From: Minisyncoccota bacterium
Lineage (GTDB): Bacteria > Patescibacteriota > Minisyncoccia > Phycocordibacterales > Phycocordibacteraceae
NCBI GenBank assembly: GCA_035548315.1
Contig: DASZTF010000044.1
Coordinates: 95,484 to 159,483 of the forward strand
Reading direction: 5' to 3'
Length of the DNA stretch: 64,000 nt
Numbering within the stretch: position 1 is the stretch's first letter; every line of letters starts with the position of its first letter. Position numbers and translations under genes: made by a program. Of this stretch, positions 59,005-64,000 are shown piece after piece. Under the pieces are notes generated by a model, which saw nothing but the letters and a program-made list of their open reading frames with translations, was not told where the DNA came from and searched no databases.

Positions 59005-60359
59005 TATTGGTTCGCCGCTCATTTACGATACTTTTTCTCCTCCTCGTTGTACTTCTTGCGCACCCGTCAGCGCTCCTTGCCGATACCGTATCCGACATCC
59101 AGTCGCAGATTAACGATATCAATAGCCAAAAGGCCGAACTCGACGCGCAAATCGCGCAGTATCAAAAGCAGCTCGATTCACTCGGCGTTCAGCACCAGAC
59201 CCTCCAGACCTCTATTTCCTCACTCAACACTTCCCAGTCGCAGCTCCTCGCTAAGATAAAAAGTACGCAAAAGTCGATCGACGCAGCAAATTTGAAACTC
59301 AAGCAGCTCAGCTCACTCATCGGCAGCACGCAGGATTCGATCGATATGGAGCGCCAAGCGGTCGCTGCGTCGCTGCGCGATATCGCAAGCGCAGATGATG
59401 TCCCGCTCGTTGCGACGCTGTTCTCATCCGATTCGCTCGCCACCGCGTGGGCAGCCGTCGATGCGGATAACCAGCTCGCCGCCACGCTCCAGGGGCACAC
59501 GCACAGTCTCGCGCAGGCGAAGGATGCGCTCTCTGAGGAACAGACCAGTGTTTCAGCACAGCACGACCAGCTCGCGAGTCTCGGCAGCGACCTCACGTCT
59601 CAGAACAAACAGCTCACGGCGACCAAGCAGGCCAAGCAGTCGCTGCTCACGCAGACCCAGAGCCAGGAGTCGCAGTACCAGTCGCTGATCGCGCAGAAGA
59701 AGGCGCAGGAGGCGCAGTTTGAAAAAACCCTCGCCGACCTCCAGGCCCAGCTCGCGCCGGTGTCTGCCGGATCGATCCCGCAAGCAGGGAGCGGCATCCT
59801 CAAGTGGCCGGCATCGCTTGCCTTCATGCAGGGCTGCCAGGGTAAATCAAGTGCGCTCGGTAATCCGTATTGTGTGACGCAGTACTTTGGCAATACGCAG
59901 TTCGCAGCGGCGCACGCTGCGGTCTATAACGGCATGGGTCACGATGGCATCGACATCGGTATGCCTATTGGCACCCCGGTCCTGGCGGCGCTCGGCGGTA
60001 CGGTGCTCGCGACCGGCAACACCGACGTGAAGTCTCCCTCCGGCCAGATGTGCTACTCATTCGGTAAGTGGGTGATGGTCCAGCACCCGAATGGTCTCTC
60101 CACGCTCTACGCGCACCTGTCATCCATCGAAGCGACGAAAGGGCAGGTGGTGACGACAGGCCAGGAGCTCGGCCTTTCCGGCATGACCGGGTATGCGACT
60201 GGCCCGCACCTCCATTTCGGCGTCTATGCGTCGTCGGGCGTGCAGATCATGGACCTTGGCAAATGGCGTGGCTCGGGCGGCACTCCGTGTACGGACGCCG
60301 GTGCTGTGCTGCCGGTCGCTCCGGACAACGCCTATCTCAATCCGATGGCGTACCTCTAG
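59001..60359 (+). CDS. Coiled-coil M23 peptidase (EnvC/CwlO-like)
   Basis: Signal peptide, long coiled coil, HDGID, YAHL, GPHLHF. Confidence 0.9.
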   Translation: MILVRRSFTILFLLLVVLLAHPSALLADTVSDIQSQINDINSQKAELDAQIAQYQKQLDSLGVQHQTLQTSISSLNTSQSQLLAKIKSTQKSIDAANLKLKQLSSLIGSTQDSIDMERQAVAASLRDIASADDVPLVATLFSSDSLATAWAAVDADNQLAATLQGHTHSLAQAKDALSEEQTSVSAQHDQLASLGSDLTSQNKQLTATKQAKQSLLTQTQSQESQYQSLIAQKKAQEAQFEKTLADLQAQLAPVSAGSIPQAGSGILKWPASLAFMQGCQGKSSALGNPYCVTQYFGNTQFAAAHAAVYNGMGHDGIDIGMPIGTPVLAALGGTVLATGNTDVKSPSGQMCYSFGKWVMVQHPNGLSTLYAHLSSIEATKGQVVTTGQELGLSGMTGYATGPHLHFGVYASSGVQIMDLGKWRGSGGTPCTDAGAVLPVAPDNAYLNPMAYL

Positions 60360-60379
60360 CGCGGTATACTAGGGAAGAC

Positions 60380-60577
60380 ATGCTGCATATCCTTTTCTAC
60401 ACGATCATCGTGATCCTGGTGCTCTCGTTCTTCGGTATTTCGCTTCAGAGTATCGTCCACTCGCCGCAGGCGCAGGCCAACTTCGACTACCTCTGGGGGC
60501 TCGTACTCCTCGGGTGGCACTATGTCCTTGGCTTCTACAATCTGTTCATCGACTGGCTCGGTCACTTTATCCATTAG
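60380..60577 (+). CDS. Small membrane protein
   Basis: IIVILVLSFFGISL; TATACT upstream. Confidence 0.7.
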   Translation: MLHILFYTIIVILVLSFFGISLQSIVHSPQAQANFDYLWGLVLLGWHYVLGFYNLFIDWLGHFIH

Positions 60578-60588
60578 TCGTATCCGCC

Positions 60589-60849
60589 ATGGAAAATAAT
60601 TTGGGGAACAACCACAACCAGATCTCCGTCACGATGCCGTCCGATGCGCGGCCGTCGTTCAGTAATGCGACCCAGGTCACGGTGTCCGACGATGCCGTCA
60701 TCATCCAGTTTGCCTACCTGCGTCCACATGCCGAGAGCGGCCAGCTCATCGGAGAGATCGTGATGTCGCCGAAGCACGCTATCGAATTCAGCAAGGCGCT
60801 CGACGCCACGATTAAGAAGCACTTCACGCGGCATTTGGAGGCGGAGTAA
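60589..60849 (+). CDS. DUF3467-like protein
   Basis: FSN..IIQF..IVMSPKHA. Confidence 0.78.
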   Translation: MENNLGNNHNQISVTMPSDARPSFSNATQVTVSDDAVIIQFAYLRPHAESGQLIGEIVMSPKHAIEFSKALDATIKKHFTRHLEAE

Positions 60850-61131
60850 TGTTGCATCAGTAAAATAATCTCGCTCAAATACGGCCCACTTTGTGGATAT
60901 CTCGGATGCCCGAGATCGAGGGCAGGGGAGGGCCCTCTCTTGGCCTTCCCGATCTCGGCTATTTACCCGCCCCAGCCTGCTCCGGGAAGGGCTTGCAAGA
61001 TGCCTACGTGCGATAGAAATACCCCATTGAAAGCATTCACAGAGCCTTACAGAGCAGAGTAGAGGCGTAGTATCCACCCGACTACAATCTGGTCCTGTAC
61101 AGAAGGCCTTCTAAGGGTTCTCTCTATAATA

Positions 61132-61159
61132 AGTACGCAAAAGATATATTGTGCGCACT
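61132..61159. other. Candidate dif-like Xer recombination site
   Basis: AGTACGCAAAA-GATATA-TTGTGCGCACT, 11-6-11 inverted arms in a gene-free region. Confidence 0.65.
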
Positions 61160-61325
61160 TTATATATAAACTCCCCCACGTACGTAGAGGCCTAGAAACG
61201 GCCGGATCTGGGAATTCTTCAAATCGCTCCTCTGCCCTCCTGGCGTCGGCGCAAAACTTTTTGGCGGTTGGCATTAACTCTCTACTGCTCAGGAATCTAC
61301 GGATCTCTAAAAAGCAGATTTCAGC

Positions 61326-61400
61326 CACTTCCCCGGAAATCAAAAATGACCGGGGAAGTGTCCGGTCATTTTCTGGCCTTTATTAGGGAAGTGACTTCCC
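61326..61400. repeat. Nested inverted repeats built on GGGAAGT/ACTTCCC
   Basis: 61326-36 pairs with 61350-60; 61343-53 with 61362-72; palindrome 61386-61400. Confidence 0.6.
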
Positions 61401-61411
61401 CGCCGCTTTTT

Positions 61412-62041
61412 CTAGCCTCCGTACTTCGCAAGTTCGATCTTCAGTTCGGAGCGGTAGTCATTAACCAGCTCATGAAGTGTGTAGGTGCTTACCTTGGATA
61501 GATCGATAGCGCGCCAGTAGCTGTAAGCTGAACGAGGTGGTCGTCCAAAGAGTGACTTGCCGTCGAGTTTTGTCGAGTTATTGAGAATATCCAGAACTGC
61601 ATCGTCTGTATAAGTGTCGAGCTGAGTATCGATTTGGTCTAGCTTAGCAAGTTCTACGCGTATCGCCGTGGCCTGCGAATCGTCTTCAGCATCCTGGCTG
61701 CCAGTTGGTTGGCTTTGAGTTACTGAACAGGAATTCGCATCCTTTTGCGCCTGCGCCAACTGACTCCTCAATGAAGTATTTTCCTTGTTCAATGAATTAA
61801 TTTCGGCCTGCAGAGATGCAATCTCAGTTTTGCTATCGGGATTGGCGTCAGCTTCTTTGGCTGTTGCGGAGTCTGAGGTGGTGCTGATAGTGCTTGCTGG
61901 TGCCGAGTCGGTTTGCTCAGCTGACATTTCATAAGCATTCTCGGAATGGAACCAAGTAAGAGGATTCCACCAAGCAGCGAAAGTAACTTGCGGGACTATA
62001 AATACTCCAAGTGCAAGAAGAGGAAGCGCGAGTTTCTTCAT
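61412..62041 (-). CDS. Secreted coiled-coil hypothetical protein
   Basis: Signal peptide then AAWWNPLTWF; lower GC. Confidence 0.78.
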   Translation of the reverse strand: MKKLALPLLALGVFIVPQVTFAAWWNPLTWFHSENAYEMSAEQTDSAPASTISTTSDSATAKEADANPDSKTEIASLQAEINSLNKENTSLRSQLAQAQKDANSCSVTQSQPTGSQDAEDDSQATAIRVELAKLDQIDTQLDTYTDDAVLDILNNSTKLDGKSLFGRPPRSAYSYWRAIDLSKVSTYTLHELVNDYRSELKIELAKYGG

Positions 62042-62301
62042 GGGTGTGAAAGTTATAGAGTGTACAGTTTCACCCTAGCATGGTCTAGAGTGCGGTCAAT
62101 CACATTCGCTTCAGAATCGAAGACGTAAAATTGCAGCGCCAAGCTGTCCTGTCCGCTTCTCTGTATATGGCTAGTGGGCTCGCTCCTTATCTTGCCATAG
62201 TAACCACGGTCCGCTTTTCTGGACCTGTATGCCTACCCTCCTTGAACTTGGAGCCACCGGCGGTGGCTTTTATCTACGCAAAAGATTCAGTCCTGAAAAA
62301 T

Positions 62302-62340
62302 AAAAAGAAATGCCCGGGCGGCTGTGAAGCGACCCGGGCA
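62302..62340 (-). terminator. Terminator of the Flp-like gene
   Basis: TGCCCGGG..CCCGGGCA with T tract on minus strand. Confidence 0.7.
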
Positions 62341-62363
62341 CATTCGGCGGTCTTGCGATTCAG

Positions 62364-62499
62364 TTACGGCTGGGAGTGCGTCGCGGCCGGCTGAGGGGCC
62401 GGGTCCGAAAAGCCTCCTTGGAAGGCCGTAACTGCGCCGATGATCACAACTCCGATCAGGGCGGCGATGAGACCGTATTCAATTGCTGTGGCGACACAT
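62364..62499 (-). pseudogene. Flp/Tad (type IVc) pilin frame without in-frame canonical start
   Basis: ATAIEYGLIAALIGVVIIGAV..stop at 62364; SD AAGGAG; nearby ATG and GTG are out of frame. Confidence 0.7.
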
Positions 62500-62618
62500 A
62501 CTCCTTCTGAGTAAGAGAAATGACAATGCCGAGCAAACGCAAGTCTGCCGGCCTGGTGAATATAGAATAGGCGGTTTATTTCGTCAAGGCGTTATCAGGA
62601 GAATGAGCTGGTGACCAT

Positions 62619-62696
62619 GATATGTGTATGTTGTGTAGAAAACTGTGGATATGTGTATTTTCTCTGATTTCATATACATATATCTTGAATACATAT
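62619..62696. promoter_or_regulatory. Repeats upstream of lexA, candidate SOS boxes
   Basis: GATATGTGTAT at 62619 and 62648; inverted ATACATATATC at 62674; ATACATAT at 62689. Confidence 0.5.
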
Positions 62697-63381
62697 GGCA
62701 CGGCACACCCTTACGCAAAACCAGCGCGATACGCTTTCGTATCTCAAGTCATACATTACTAAAAATGGGCAGGCACCGACGGTTTCTGAAATTGGCAAGG
62801 AGTTCAAGCTCGAGTCGCTCCGCAGCGTGACGCAGCGCCTTGAATCGCTCGAGAAAAAAGGCCTCATTGTGCGCGATCGCTTCAAGCGCCGGAATATTAG
62901 GGTGCTCGATGCTGCCGACTCCCCCACTTCTTCCAACCTGCTCCAGGTACCGGTGATCGCTTCCGCGGGCTGCGACGCCGTGGATGTGTATGCGCAGGAC
63001 GAGTTCGGCGAATATATCCTCGTGGATAAGAACCTCCTCAAGAAGCACACGAACATTGCCGCCGTGCGTGCCGTCGGAGACAGTATGCAGGACGCGGGCA
63101 TTAAGGACGGCGACTATGTGATCGTGGAAGTGACCGACGCCGTAGAGAATGGCGACCGCGTGGTGGCCGTGCTTGGCAATATGGCCGTCATTAAGCAGTA
63201 CAGCAAGGTTGATGAGGTCGTGTACCTCAATCCCCGGAATGAGGGCGGCGGATACCATCCCATCGTGGTCGCGCAGGAAGATTCCAAGATCTTCGGCAAG
63301 GTGCTGAGCATCATCCCGGGCACCGAGTGGGTGGAGGACGTGAAGATCGAGTACTACCCCGAATACTCTCCGAAGCATTAG
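62695..63381 (+). CDS. lexA: LexA repressor
   Basis: wHTH (PTVSEI), SAG cleavage site, GDSM serine, VIK lysine. Confidence 0.92.
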   Translation: MARHTLTQNQRDTLSYLKSYITKNGQAPTVSEIGKEFKLESLRSVTQRLESLEKKGLIVRDRFKRRNIRVLDAADSPTSSNLLQVPVIASAGCDAVDVYAQDEFGEYILVDKNLLKKHTNIAAVRAVGDSMQDAGIKDGDYVIVEVTDAVENGDRVVAVLGNMAVIKQYSKVDEVVYLNPRNEGGGYHPIVVAQEDSKIFGKVLSIIPGTEWVEDVKIEYYPEYSPKH

Positions 63382-63390
63382 GCCGCGAGG

Positions 63391-64000
63391 CTAGCAGTGC
63401 ACGTTCTTGATGATGTACTCGTAGGCTTCGTCGACGGAGTCTACGAGGTGGAAGATCTCGAGATCCTCAGGATCAATTGCCTGGTGTTCGGCGAGGAGCT
63501 TGGTCTTGAAGAATTCGATAAGAGGCGTCCAGTATTCCCGGCCGTAGCAAACGATCGGCACGGATTTAATTTTCTTGGTCTGAATAAGCGTCACAATTTC
63601 AAAGAATTCGTCGAGGGTGCCGAAGCCGCCCGGGAAATAGATATAGACCTCGGACGCAAAGGTGAGCATCACCTTCCGGACGAAGAAGTGGTCAAAAATC
63701 ATGTAGTCCGTGAGGTACTGGTTTGCGCCCTGGTTCGCCTCGAGCCGGATGTTGAGGCCCACGGATGATCCGCCGGCCTCATAGGCGCCCTTATTGGCCG
63801 CCTGCATGATGCCCGCTGCGGCGCCCGTGATGATGGCGAAGCCAAACTTCGCGAGACGTCCCGCGAGTTCGGTCGCCTCGTCGTAGAAGTGGCTCTCGAA
63901 GGTGGGGCGCGCAGTGCCGAAGAACGTCGCCGCAAGGCCGTAGCGGCCGAGGAGCTCGAATCCTTCCACGAACTCCGACATGATCTTGAACACGCGCCAG
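63391..64000 (-). CDS. LOG family (TIGR00730-like) protein, 5'-partial
   Basis: GIMQAANKGA, FFVRKVM, PGGFGTLDE. Confidence 0.92.
   Translation of the reverse strand, partial: WRVFKIMSEFVEGFELLGRYGLAATFFGTARPTFESHFYDEATELAGRLAKFGFAIITGAAAGIMQAANKGAYEAGGSSVGLNIRLEANQGANQYLTDYMIFDHFFVRKVMLTFASEVYIYFPGGFGTLDEFFEIVTLIQTKKIKSVPIVCYGREYWTPLIEFFKTKLLAEHQAIDPEDLEIFHLVDSVDEAYEYIIKNVHC

Noticed and set aside
60850-61411. oriC or large ncRNA (tmRNA, RNase P) in the long intergenic region
   Set aside because: Only imperfect DnaA-like boxes, flanking genes converge, and no tmRNA ends or RNase P GAGGAAAGTCC core found
62239-62261. tRNA 3'-end fragment (CCGCCGGTGGCTCCA on minus) as an att site
   Set aside because: No T-loop; equally explained by a short GCCACC/GGTGGC hairpin with T tract

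Overview
High-GC bacterial chromosomal window of about 64 kb. The gene content (reduced dcw cluster, two mreB, GH130 phosphorylases, many pilin-like genes, DUF3467, short ProRS) suggests Patescibacteria/Parcubacteria (inference). Left part: accessory genes, including a low-GC EcoRI-family methyltransferase plus DUF262-HNH nuclease operon behind a perfect 32-bp palindrome, a mannoside-salvage cluster, DipZ, ABC and RND transporters, and two-component genes. tRNA-Asn at 30549 is followed by a small relic islet. Right part: core genes (fmt, def, murA, mreB, frr, rseP, proS, mreBC, pbp2, greA, lysS, mraZ-rsmH-ftsL-ftsI-murF, pilin cluster, murG, gltX, M23 peptidase, lexA, LOG). Main non-genic signals: a symmetric dif-like 11-6-11 site with KOPS-like octamers at about 61.1 kb; many core genes with a -10 hexamer exactly 6 nt before ATG (leaderless) versus scattered orphan genes with Shine-Dalgarno sites and their own terminators; several candidate operators; and a Flp pilin frame with no in-frame canonical start. 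All family assignments are by motif recognition; no searches were run.
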